Below the pieces are notes generated by a model. The model saw only the letters and a program-made list of their open reading frames with translations, was not told where the DNA came from and did no database searches. From Squalus acanthias (Eukaryota), in contig CM059431.1 in assembly GCA_030390025.1 (NCBI GenBank), forward strand, positions 137,022,001 to 137,086,000: a DNA stretch of 64,000 nt, read 5' to 3'. The translations under genes and the position numbers were made by a program. Positions 50,901 to 64,000 of the stretch are shown piece by piece. Position 1 is the stretch's first letter. The number at the start of each line of letters is the position of its first letter.

Positions 50901-53900
50901 TATCCGTCCATTCACATTCCCAATCCATTGATGGTATCTGACCATTAACTTTCCCAATCCATTGATGGCATCTGTCTAATCATTTTAACAATCTATTGAT
51001 GGTATCTGTCCATTCACTTTCCCAATCCATTAAAGGTATCTCACCATTAACTTTCCCAATCCATTGATGGCATCTGTCAAGTCATTTTAACAATCCATTG
51101 ATGGTATCTGTCCATTCACTTTCCCAATCCATTGATGTTATCCGTCCATTCACGTTCCCAATCTATGGATGGTATCTGTCTATTCATTTTCCAAATCCAT
51201 CGATGGCATCTGTCTAATTACTTTAACAATCTATTGATGGTATCTCTGTATTCACTTTCCCAATCTATTGATGGTATCTGTCCATTCACTTTCCCAATCC
51301 ATTGATGGTATCTGTCTATTCACTTTACCAATCCATTGATGGAATCTGTCCATTAACTTTCCCAATCCATTGATGGTACCCGTCCATTCACTTTCCCAAT
51401 CCGCTAATGGTATCCGTCCATTCACTTTCCCAATCCAATGTTGATTTCTGTCCATTCACTTTCCCAATCCATTGATGGTATCGGTCCATTCACTTTCCCA
51501 ATACATTGATGGTATCTGTCCATTCACTTTCCCAACCCATTGATGGTATCGGTCCATTCACTTTCCCAATCCAATGATGGGATCTGTCCATTCGCTTTCC
51601 CAATCCATTGATAGTATCTGTCCATTCAATTTCCCAATCCATCGATGGCAACTGTCTAATCACCTTCCCAATCCATTGATGGAATCTGTCTATTCACTAT
51701 CCCAATCTATTGATGGTATCTTTCTATTCGCTTTACCAATCTATTGATGGTATCTGTCTATTCGCTTTCCCAATCCATTGATGGTATCTGTCCATTCACT
51801 TTCCCAATCCATTGATGGGGTCTGTCCATTCACTTTCCCAATCCATTGATGGTATCGGTCCATTCACTTTCCCAATCCATTGATGGTATCTGTCCATTCA
51901 CTTTCCCTATCCATTGATGGTATCTGTCTATTCACTTTCCCAATCCATTGATGGTATCTGTCCATTCACTTTCCCTATCCATTGATGGTATCTGTCTAAT
52001 CACTTTACCTATCCATTGATGGTATCTGTCTATTCACTTTCCCAATCCATCGATGGCATCTGTCTAATCACTTTCCCAATCCATTGATGGTATCTATCTA
52101 TTCGCTTTCACAATCCATTGATGGTATCTGTCCATTCACTTTCCCAATCCATTCATGGTATCTGTTCTTTCACTTTCCCAATCCATTCTAGGTATCTCTC
52201 TATTCACTTTCCCAATCCATTAATGGTATCTGTCTATTCACTTTACCAATCTATTCATGGTATCTGTCTATTCACATTCCCAGTCCATTGATGGTATCTG
52301 TCTATTCACTTGCCCAATCCATTGATGGTATCTGTCTATTCACTTTACCAATCTATTGATGGTATGTGTCCATTTACTTTCCCAATCCATCGATGACATC
52401 TGTCTAATGATTTTCCCAATCCATTGATGGTATCTGTCTATTCACTTTCCCAATCCATTGATGGTATCTGTCCATTCACTTTCCCAATCCATTGATGGTA
52501 TCTGTCCATTCACTTTCCCAATCCATTGATTGTGTCTGTCTAGTCACTTTCCCAATCCATTGATGATATCTGTCTATTCACTTTCCCAATCCATTGATGA
52601 TATCTGTCCATTCACTTTCCCAATGCATTGATGAAATCTGTCTATTCACTTTCCCAATCTATTGATGATATCTGTCTAATCATTTTAACAATCTATTGAT
52701 GGTATCTGTACATTCACTTTCCCAATCCATTGATGGTATCTATCTATTCACTTTCCCAATCCATTGATGGTGTCTGTCCATTCACTTTCCAATCCATCGA
52801 TGACATCTGCCTAATTACTTTAACAATCTATTGATGGTATCTCTCCATTCACTTTCCCAATCCATTGAAGGTATCTGTCCATTCAATTTCCCAATACATT
52901 GATGGTAACTATCCACTCACTTTCCCAATGCATTAATGGTATCTCTCCATTCACTTTCCCAATACATTGATGGTAACTGTCCATTCACTTTCTCAATCTA
53001 TTGATGGAATCTGTCCATTAACTTTCCCAATCCATTTATGGTACCCGTCCATTCACTTTCCCAATCCGCAAATGGTATCCGTCCATTCACTTTCCCAATC
53101 CATTGATGATAACTGTCCATTCACTTTCCCAATCCATTGATGGTATCCGTCCATTCACTTTCCCAATCTATTGATGGTCTCTGTCCATTCACTTTCCCAA
53201 TCTATTAATGGTATCTGTCTATTCACTTTCAGAATCCATCGATGGCATCTGTCTAATTACTTTAACAATCTATTGATGGTATCTCTCTATTCACTTTCCC
53301 AATCTATTGATGCTATCTGTCCATTCACTTTCTCAATCCATTGATGTTATCTGTCCATTCACTTTCCCAATCCACTGATGGTATCTGTCCATTCACTTTC
53401 CCAATCCATTGATGGTATCTGTCTATTAACTTTCCCAATCCATTGATGGCATCTGTCTAATCATTTTAACAATCTATTGATGGTATCTGTCCATTCTCTT
53501 TCCCAATCCATTGATGGTATCTATTTATTCACTTTCCCAATCCACTGATGGTGTCTGTCCATTCACTTTCTCAATCCATTGATGGTATCTGTCCATTCAC
53601 TTTCCCAATCCATTCTAGGTATCTCTCTATTCACTTTCCCAATCCATTGATGGTATCTGTCTATTCACTTTACCAATCTATTGATCGTATCTGCCTATTC
53701 ACATTCCCAATCTATTAAAGGTATCTGTCTATTCACTTTACCAATCCATTGATGGAATCTGTCCATTAACTTTCCCAATCAATTGATGGTACCCGTCCAT
53801 TCACTTTCCCAATCCGCTAATGGTATCCGTCCATTCACTTTCCCAATCCAATGTTGATTTCTGTCCATTCACTTTCCCAATCCATTGATGGTATCGGTCC

Positions 53901-56900
53901 ATTCACTTTCCCAATACATTGATGGTATCTGTCCATTCACTTTCCCAACCCATTGATGGTATCGGTCCATTCACTTTCCCAATCCAATGATGGGATCTGT
54001 CCATTCGCTTTCCCAATCCATTGATAGTATCTGTCCATTCAATTTCCCAATCCATCGATGGCAACTGTCTAATCACCTTCCCAATCCATTGATGGAATAT
54101 GTCTATTCACTATCCCAATCTATTGATGGTATCTTTCTATTCGCTTTACCAATCTATTGATGGTATCTGTCTATTCGCTTTCCCAATCCATTGATGGTAT
54201 CTGTCCATTCACTTTCCCAATCCATTGATGGGGTCTGTCCATTCACTTTCCCAGTCCATTGATGGTATCGGTCCATTCACTTTCCCAATCCATTGATGGT
54301 ATCTGTCCGTTCACTTTCCCTATCCATTGATGGTATCTGTCTATTCACTTTCCCAATCCATTGATGGTATCTGTCCATTCACTTTCCCTATCCATTGATG
54401 GTATCTGTCTAATCACTTTACCTATGCATTGATGGTATCTGTCTATTCACTTTCCCAATCCATCGATGGCATCTGTCTAATCACTTTCCCAATCCATTGA
54501 TGGTATCTATCTATTCACTTTCACAATCCATTGATGGTATCTGTCCATTCACTTTCCCAATCCATTCATGGTATCTGTTCTTTCACTTTCCCAATCCATT
54601 CTAGGTATCTCTCTATTCACTTTCCCAATCCATTAATGGTATCTGTCTATTCACTTTACCAATCTATTCATGGTATCTGTCTATTCACATTCCCAGTCCA
54701 TTGATGGTATCTGTCTATTCACTTGCCCAATCCATTGATGGTATCTGTCTATTCACTTTACCAATCTATTGATGGTATGTGTCCATTCACTTTCCCAATC
54801 CATCGATGACATCTGTCTAATCATTTTCCCAATCCATTGATGGTATCTGTCTATTCACTTTCCCAATCCATTGATGGTATCTGTCCATTCACTTTCCCAA
54901 TCCATTGATGGTATCTGTCCATTCACTTTCCCAATCCATCGATTGTATCTGTCTAGTCACTTTCCCAATCCATTGATGATATCTGTCTATTCACTTTCCC
55001 AATCCATTGATGATATCTGTCCATTCTCTTTCCCAATGCATTGACGAAATCTGTCTATTCACTTTCCCAATCTATTGATGCTATCTGTCTAATCATTTTA
55101 ACAATCTATTGATGGTATCTGTACATTCACTTTCCCAATCCATTGATGGTATCTATCTATTCACTTTCCCAATCCATTGATGGTGTCTGTCCATTCACTT
55201 TCCAATCCATCGATGACATCTGCCTAATTACTTTAACAATCTATTGATGGTATCTCTCCATTCACTTTCCCAATCCATTGAAGGTATCTGTCCATTCAAT
55301 TTCCCAATACATTGATGGTAACTATCCACTCACTTTCCCAATGCATTAATGGTATCTCTCCATTCACTTTCCCAATACATTGATGGTAACTGTCCATTCA
55401 CTTTCTCAATCTATTGATGGAATCTGTACATTAACTTTCCCAATCCATTGATGGTACCCTTCCATTCACTTTCCCAATCCGCAAATGGTATCCTTCCATT
55501 CATTTTCCCAATACATTGATGATATCCGTCCATTCACTTTACGAATCTATTGATGGTCTCTGTCCACTCACTTTCCCAATCTATTAATGGTATCTGTCTA
55601 TTCACTTTCAGAATCCATCGATGGCATCTGTCTAATTACTTTAACAATCTATTGATGGTATCTCTCTATTCACTTTCCCAATCTATTGATGGTATCTGTC
55701 CATTCACTTTCCCAATCCATTGATGGTATCTGTCTATTCACTTTCTCAATCCATTGATGGAATCTGTCCATTAACTTTCCCAATCCATTTATGGTACCCG
55801 TCCATTCACTTTCCCAATCCGCAAATGGTATCCGTCCATTCACTTTCCCAATCCATTGATGATATCTGTCCATTCACTTTCCCAATCCATTGATGGTATC
55901 CGTCCATTCACTTTCCCAATCTATTGATGGTCTCTGTCCATTCACTTTCCCAATCTATTAATGATATCTGTCTATTCACTTTCAGAATCCATCGATGGCA
56001 TCTGTCTAATTACTTTAACAATCTATTGATGGTGTCTCTCTATTCACTTTCCCAATCTATTGATGCTATCTGTCCATTCACTTTCTCAATCCATTGATGT
56101 TATCTGTCCATTCACTTTCCAAATCCACTGATGGTATCTGTCCATTCACTTTCCCAATCCATTGATGGTATCTGTCCATTAACTTTCCCAATCCATTGAT
56201 GGCATCTGTCTAATCATTTTAACAATCTATTGATGGTATCTGTCCATTCTCTTTCCCAATCCATTGATGGTATCTATTTATTCACTTTCCCAATCCATTG
56301 ATGGTATCTGTCCATTCACTTTCCCAATCCATTGATGGTGTCTTTCCATTCACTTTCCCAATCCATTGATGGTATCTGTCCATTCACTTTCCCAATCCAT
56401 TCTAGGTATCTCTCTATTCACTTTCCCAATCCATTGATGGTATCTGTCTATTCACTTTACCAATCTATTGATCTTATCTGCCTATTCACATTCCCAATCC
56501 ATTAAAGGTATCTGTCTATTCACTTTACCAATCCATTAATGGAATCTGTCCATTAACTTTCCCAATCCATTGATGGTACCCGTCCATTCACTTTCCCAAT
56601 CCGCTAATGGTATCCGTCCATTCACTTTCCCAATCCAATGTTGATTTCTGTCCATTCACTTTCCCAATCCATTGATGGTATCGGTCCATTCACTTTCCCA
56701 ATACATTGATGGTATCTGTCCATTCACTTTCCCAACCCATTGATGGTATCGGTCCATTCACTTTCCCAATCCAATGATGGTATCTGTCCATTGCTTTCCC
56801 AATCTATTGATAGTATCTGTCCATTCCATTTCCCAATCCATCGATGGCAACTGTCTAATCACCTTCCCAATCCATTGATGGAATCTGTCTGTTCACTATC

Positions 56901-59900
56901 CCAATCTATTGATGGTATCTTTGTATTCACTTTACCAATCTATTGATGGTATCTGTCTATTCGCTTTCCCAATCCATTGATGGTATCTGTCCATTCACTT
57001 TCCCAATCCATTCTAGGTATCTCTCTATTCACTTTCCCAATCCATTGATGGTATCTGTCTATTCACTTTACCAATCTATTCATGGTATCTGTCTATTCAC
57101 ATTCCCAGTCCATTGATGGTATCTGTCTATTCACTTGCCCAATCCTTTGATGGTATCTGTCTATTCACTTTACCAATCTATTGATGGTATGTGTCCATTC
57201 ACTTTCCCAATCCATCGATGACATCTGTCTAATCACTTTCCCAATCCATTGATGGTATCTGTCTATTCATTTTCCCAATCCATTGATGGTATCTGTCCAT
57301 TCACTTTCCAAATCCATTGATGCTATCTGTCCATTCACTTTCCCAATCCATTGATTGTATCTGTCTAGTCACTTTCCCAATCCATTGATGATATCTGTCT
57401 ATTCACTTTCCCAATCCATTGATGATATCTGTCCATTCACTTTCCCAATGCATTGATGAAATCTGTCTATTCACTTTCCCAATCTATTGATGATATCTGT
57501 CTATTCATGTTCCCAATCCATCGATGGCAACTGCCTAATCATTTTAACAATCTATTGATGGTATCTGTACATTCACTTTCCCAATCCATTGATGGTATCT
57601 ATCTATTCACTTTCCCAATCCATTGATGGTGTCTGCCCATTCACTTTCCAATCCATCGATGTCATCTGCCTAATTACTTTAACAATCTATTGATGGTATA
57701 TGTCTGTTCACTTTCCCAATACATTGATGGTAACTGTCCATTCAATTTCCCAATACATTGAAGGTATCTTTCCATTCACTTTCCCAATCCATTGAAGGTA
57801 TCTGTCCATTCAATTTCCCAATACATTGATGGTAACTATCCATTCACTTTCCCAATGCATTAATGGTATCTCTCCATTCACTTTCCAATACATTGATGGT
57901 AACTGTCCATTCACTTTTCCAATCCATTGAAGGTATCTTTCCATTCACTTTGCCAATCCATTGAAGGTATCTGTCCATTCAATTTCCCAATACATTGATG
58001 GTAACTATCCCTTCACTTTCCCAATGCATTAATGGTATCTCTCCATTCACTTTCCCAATACATTGATGGTAACTGTCCATTCACTTTCTCAATCTATTGA
58101 TGGAATCTGTACATTAAATTTCCCAATCCATTGATGGTACCCTTTCATTCACTTTCCCAATCCGCAAATGGTATCTGTCCATTCACTTTCCCAATACATT
58201 GATGGTATCCGTCCATTCACTTTACGAATCTATTGATGGTCTCTGTCCACTCACTTTCCCAATCTATTAATGTATCTGTCTGTTCACTTTCAGAATCTAT
58301 CGATGGGATCTGTCTAATTACTTTAACAATCTATTGATGGTATCTCTCTATTCACTTTCCCAATCTAATGATGGTATCTGTCCATTCACTTTCCCAATCC
58401 ATTGATGGTATCTGTCTATTCACTTTCTCAATCCATTGATGGAATCTGTCCATTAACTTTCCCAATCCATTTATGGTACCCGTCCATTCACTTTCCCAAT
58501 CCGCAAATGGTATCCGTCCATTCACTTTAGCAATCCATTGATGATATCTGTCCATTCACTTTACCAATCCATTGATGGTATCCGTCCATTCACTTTCCCA
58601 ATCTATTGATGGTCTCTGTCCATTCACTTTCCCAATCTATTAATGCTATCTGTCTATTCACTTTCAGAATCCATCGATGGCATCTGTCTAATTACTTTAA
58701 CAATCTATTGATGGTATCTCTCTATTCACTTTCCCAATCTATTGATGCTATCTGTCCATTCACTTTCTCAATCCATTGATGTTATCTGTCCATTCACTTT
58801 TCAAATCCACTGATGGTATCTGTCCATTCACTTTCCCAATCCATTGATGGTATCTGTCCATTAACTTTCCCAATCCATTGATGGCATCTGTCTAATCATT
58901 TTAACAATCTATTGATGGTATCTGTCCATTCTCTTTCCCAATCCATTGATGGTATCTATTTATTCACTTTCCCAATCCATTGATGGAGTCTGTCCATTCA
59001 CTTTCCCAATCCATTGATGGTGTCTTTCCATTCACTTTCCCAATCCATTGATGGTATCTGTCCATTCACTTTCCCAATCCATTCTAGGTATCTCTCTATT
59101 CACTTTCCCAATCCATTGATGGTATCTGTCTATTCACTTTACCAATCTATTGATCGTATCTGCCTATTCACATTTCCAATCCATTAAAGGTATCTGTCTA
59201 TTCACTTTACCAATCCATTGATGGAATCTGTCCATTAACTTTCCCAATCCATTGATGGTACCCGTCCATTCACTTTCCCAATCCGCTAATGGTATCCGTC
59301 CATTCACTTTCCCAATCCAATGTTGATTTCTGTCCATTCACTTTCCCAATCCATTGATGGTATCGGTCCATTCACTTTCCCAATACATTGATGGTATCTG
59401 TCGAATTCACTTTCCCAACCCATTGATGGTATCGGTCCATTCACTTTCCCAATCCAATGATGGTATCTGTCCATTCGCTTTCCCAATCCATTGATAGTAT
59501 CTGTCCATTCAATTTCCCAATCCATCGATGGCAACTGTCTAATCACCTTCCCAATCCATTGATGGAATCTGTCTATACACTATCCCAATCTATTGATGGT
59601 ATCTTTCTATTCACTTTACCAATCTATTGATGGTATCTGTCTATTCGCTTTCCCAATCCAATGATGGTATCTGTCCATTCACTTTCCCAATCCATTGATG
59701 GGGTCTGTCCATTCACTTTCCCAATCCATTGATGGTATCGGTCCATTCACTTTCCCAATCCATTGATGGTATCTGTCCATTCACTTTCCCTATCCATTGA
59801 TGGTATCTGTCTAATCACTTTACCTATCCATTGATGGTATCTGTCTATTCACTTTCCCAATCCATCGATGGCATCTGTCTAATCACTTTCCCAATCCATT

Positions 59901-62900
59901 GATGTTATCTATCTATTCACTTTCACAATCCATTGATGGTATCTGTCCATTCACTTTCCCAATCCATTCATGGTATCTGTCCATTCACTTTCCCAATCCA
60001 TTCTAGGTATCTCTCTATTCACTTTCCCAATCCATTAATGGTATCTGTCTATTCACTTTACCAATCTATTCATGGTATCTGTCTATTCACATTCCCAGTC
60101 CATTGATGGTATCTGTCTATTCACTTGCCCAATCCATTGATGGTATCTGTCTATTCACTTTACCAATCTATTGATGGTATGTGCCCATTCACTTTCCCAA
60201 TCCATCGATGACATCTGTCTAATCACTTTCCCAATCCATTGATGGTATCTGTCTATTCACTTTCCCAATCCATTGATGGTATCTGTCCATTCACTTTCCC
60301 AATCCATTGATGGTATCTGTCCATTCACTTTCCCAATCCATTGATTGTATCTGTCTAGTCACTTTCCCAATCCATTGATGATATCTGTCTATTCACTTTC
60401 CCAATCCATTGATGATATCTGTCCGTTCACTTTCCCAATGCATTGATGAAATCTGTCTATTCATTTTCCCAATCTATTGATGATATCTGTCTATTCATGT
60501 TCCCAATCCATCGATGGCAACTGCCTAATCATTTTAACAATCTATTGATGGTATCTGTACATTCACTTTCCCAATCCATTGATGGTATCTATCTATTCAC
60601 TTTCCCAATCCATTGATGGTGTCTTCCATTCACTTTCCAATTCATCGATGACATCTGCCTAATTACTTTAACAATCTATTGATGGTATATGTCTGTTCAC
60701 TTTCCCAATACATTGATGGTAACTGTCCATTCAATTTCCCAATACATTGAAGGTATCTTTCCATTCACTTTCCCAATCCATTGAAGGTATCTGTCCATTC
60801 AATTTCCCAATACATTGATGGTAAATATCCATTCACTTTCCCAATGCATTAATGGTATCTCTCCATTCACTTTCCCAATACATTGATGGTAACTGTCCAT
60901 TCACTTTTCCAATCCATTGAAGGTATCTTTGCATTCACTTTATCAATCCATTGAAGGTATCTGTCCATTCAATTTCCCAATACATTGATGGTAACTATCC
61001 ATTCACTTTCCCAATGCATTAATGGTATCTCTCCATTCACTTTCCCAATACATTGATGGTAACTGTCCATTCACTTTCTCAATCTATTGATGGAATCTGT
61101 ACATTAACTTTCCCAATCCATTGATGGTACCCTTCCATTCACTTTCCCAATCCGCAAATGGTATCCGTCCATTCACTTTCCCAATACATTGATGGTATCC
61201 GTCCATTCACTTTACGAATCTATTGATGGTCTCTGTCCACTCACTTTCCCAATCTATTAATGGTATCTGTCTATTCACTTTCAGAATCCATCGATGGCAT
61301 CTGTCTAATTACTTTAACAATCTATTGATAGTCTCTCTCTATTCACTTTCCCAATCCATTGATGGTATCTGTCCATTCACTTTCCCAATCCCTTGATGGT
61401 ATCTGTCCATTCACTTTCCCAATCCACTGATGGTATCTGTCCATTCACTTTCCCAATCCATTGATGGTATCTGTCCATTAACTTTCCCAATCTATTGATG
61501 GAATCTCTCTAATCATTTTAACAATCTATTGATGTTATCTATCCATTCACTTTCCCAATCCATTGATGGTATCTGTCCATTCAATTTCCCAATACATTGA
61601 TGGTAACTGTCCATTCACTTTCTCAATCTATTGATGGAATCTGTACATTAACTTTCCCAATCCATTGATGGTACCCTTCCATTCACTTTCCCAATCCGCA
61701 AATGGTATCCTTCCATTCATTTTCCCAATACATTGATGATATCCGTCCATTCACTTTACGAATCTATTGATGGTCTCTGTCCACTCACTTTCCCAATCTA
61801 TTAATGGTATCTGTCTATTCGCTTTCAGAATCCATCGATGGCATCTGTCTAATTACTTTAACAATCTATTGATGGTATCTCTCTATTCACTTTCCCAATC
61901 TATTGATGGTATCTGTCCATTCACTTTCCCAATCCATTGATGGTATCTGTCTATTCACTTTCTCAATCCATTGATGGAATCTGTCCATTAACTTTCCCAA
62001 TCCATTTATGGTAACCGTCCATTCACTTTCCCAATCCGCAAATGGTATCCGTCCATTCACTTTCCCAATCCATTGATGATATCTGTCCATTCACTTTCCC
62101 AATCCATTGATGGTATCCGTCCATTCACTTTCCCAATCTATTGATGGTCTCTGTCCATTCACTTTCCCAATCTATTAATGGTATCTGTCTATTCACTTTC
62201 AGAATCCATCGATGGCATCTGTCTAATTACTTTTACATTCTATTGATGGTATCTCTCTATTCACTTTCCCAATCTATTGATGGTATCTGTCCATTCACTT
62301 TCTCAATCCATTGATGTTATCTGTCCATTCACTTTCCAATCCACTGATGGTATCTGTCCATTCACTTTCCCAATCCATTGATGGTATCTGTCCATTAACT
62401 TTCCCAATCCATTGATGGCATCTGTCTAATCATTTTAACAATCTATTGATGGTATCTGTCCATTCTCTTTCCCAATCCATTGATGGTATCTATTTATTCA
62501 CTTTCCCAATCCATTGATGGTATCTGTCCATTCACTTTCCCAATCCATTGATGGTATCTGTCCATTCACTTTCCCAATCCATTGATGGTATCTGTCCATT
62601 CACTTTCCCAATCCATTATAGGTATCTCTCTATTCACTTTCCCAATCCATTGATGGTATCTGTCTATTCACTTTACCAATCTATTGATCGTATCTGCCTA
62701 TTCACATTCCCAATCCATTGAAGGTATCTGTCTATTCACTTTCCCAATCCATTGATGGAATCTGTCCATTAACTTTCCCAATCCATTGATGGTATCGTCC
62801 ATTCACTTTCCCAATCCGCTAATGGTATCCGTCCATTCACTTTCCCAATCCATTGATGGTATCTGTCCATTCACTTTCCCAATCCATTGATGGTATCTGT

Positions 62901-64000
62901 CCATTCACTTTCCCAATCCATTGATGGTATCTGTCCATTCACTTTCCCAATCCATTGATGGTATCTGTCCATTCACTTTCCCAATCCATTGATGGTATCT
63001 GTCCATTCACTTTCCCAATCATTGATGGTATCTGTCCATTCACTTTCCCAATCCATTGATGGTATCTGTCTATTCACTTTCCCAATCCATTGATGGTATC
63101 TGTCTATTCACTTTCCCAATCCATTGATGGTATCTGTCTATTCACTTTCCCAATCCATTGATGGTATCTGTCTATTCACTTTCCCAATCCATTGATGGTA
63201 TCTGTCCATTCACTTTCCCAATCCATTCGATGGTATCTGTCTATTCACTTTCCCAATCCATTGATGGTATCTGTCTATTCACTTTCCCAATCTATTGATG
63301 GTATCTGTCTATTCACTTTCCCAATCCATTGATGGTATCTGTCTATTCACTTTCCCAATCCATTGATGGTATCTGTCTATTCACTTTCCCAATCCATTGA
63401 TGGTATCTGTCCATTCACTTTCCCAATCCATTGATGGTATCTGTCTATTCACTTTCCCAATCCATTGATGGTATCTGTCTATTCACTTTCCCAATCCATT
63501 GATGGTATCTGTCCATTCACTTTCCCAATCCATTGATGGTATCTGTCCATTCACTTTCCCAATCCATTGATGGTATCTGTCTATTCACTTTCCCAATCCA
63601 TTGATGGTATCTGTCTATTCACTTTCCCAATCCATTGATGGTATCTGTCCATTCACTTTCCCAATCCATTGATGGTATCTGTCTATTCACTTTCCCAATC
63701 CATTGATGGTGTCTGTCTATTTACTTTCCCAATCCATTGATGGTATCCGTCCATTCACTTTCCCAATCCATCGATGACATCTGTCTTAGTACTTTAACAA
63801 TCTATTGAATGTATCTGTCCATTCAGTTTCCCAATCCATTGAAGGTATCTTTCCATTCACTTTATTAATCCATTGATGGTATCTGTCCATTCACTTTCCC
63901 AATGCATTGATGGTAACTGTCCAGTCACTTTCACAATCCATTAATGGTATCTCTCCATTCACTTTCCCAATACATTGATGGTAACTGTCCATTCACTTTC
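47933..64000 (+). repeat. 34-bp satellite array, consensus CCATTCACTTTCCCAATCCATTGATGGTATCTGT, with higher-order repeats; runs off the window end
   Basis: Continuous monomers with a 34-bp period (e.g. 62881 to 62915); no insertions seen over 16 kb. Confidence 0.98.

Noticed and set aside
1574..64000. CRISPR-like arrays (33-34 bp repeats)
   Set aside because: Monomers are head-to-tail with no unique spacers, there are no cas genes, and the context is eukaryotic.
47933..64000. Common origin of the two satellites (shared TGATGGT on opposite strands)
   Set aside because: Only ~7 bp are shared; the rest does not align by eye.

Overview
Eukaryotic, repeat-dominated window with no host protein-coding gene that I can support. 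The CR1 and Penelope-like families and the tRNA bodies indicate a vertebrate, probably a cartilaginous fish (inference). There are three zones. (1) 1-37210: a degenerate 33-bp satellite (AGAGGGAGTCTCACCATCAGGGACCCCTTTTAA) invaded by two CR1 LINE families, two copies of one internally deleted Ty3/Gypsy provirus and a non-autonomous TIR element; roughly 8 kb of it is segmentally duplicated. (2) 37214-47930: a ~10.7 kb spacer with a second copy of the TIR element, a decayed Penelope-like element (RT + GIY-YIG, tandem pseudo-LTRs each carrying a degenerate minimal hammerhead motif), a second MITE, old CR1 fragments and four decayed tRNA genes (Glu, Trp fragment, Lys, Thr). (3) 47933-64000: an insertion-free 34-bp satellite (CCATTCACTTTCCCAATCCATTGATGGTATCTGT) with 2.4-3.5 kb higher-order structure. 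Most short ORFs in the track are satellite or antisense-TE artefacts. I found no convincing new protein-coding system; the most interesting signals are small non-coding elements and the array's rearrangement history.
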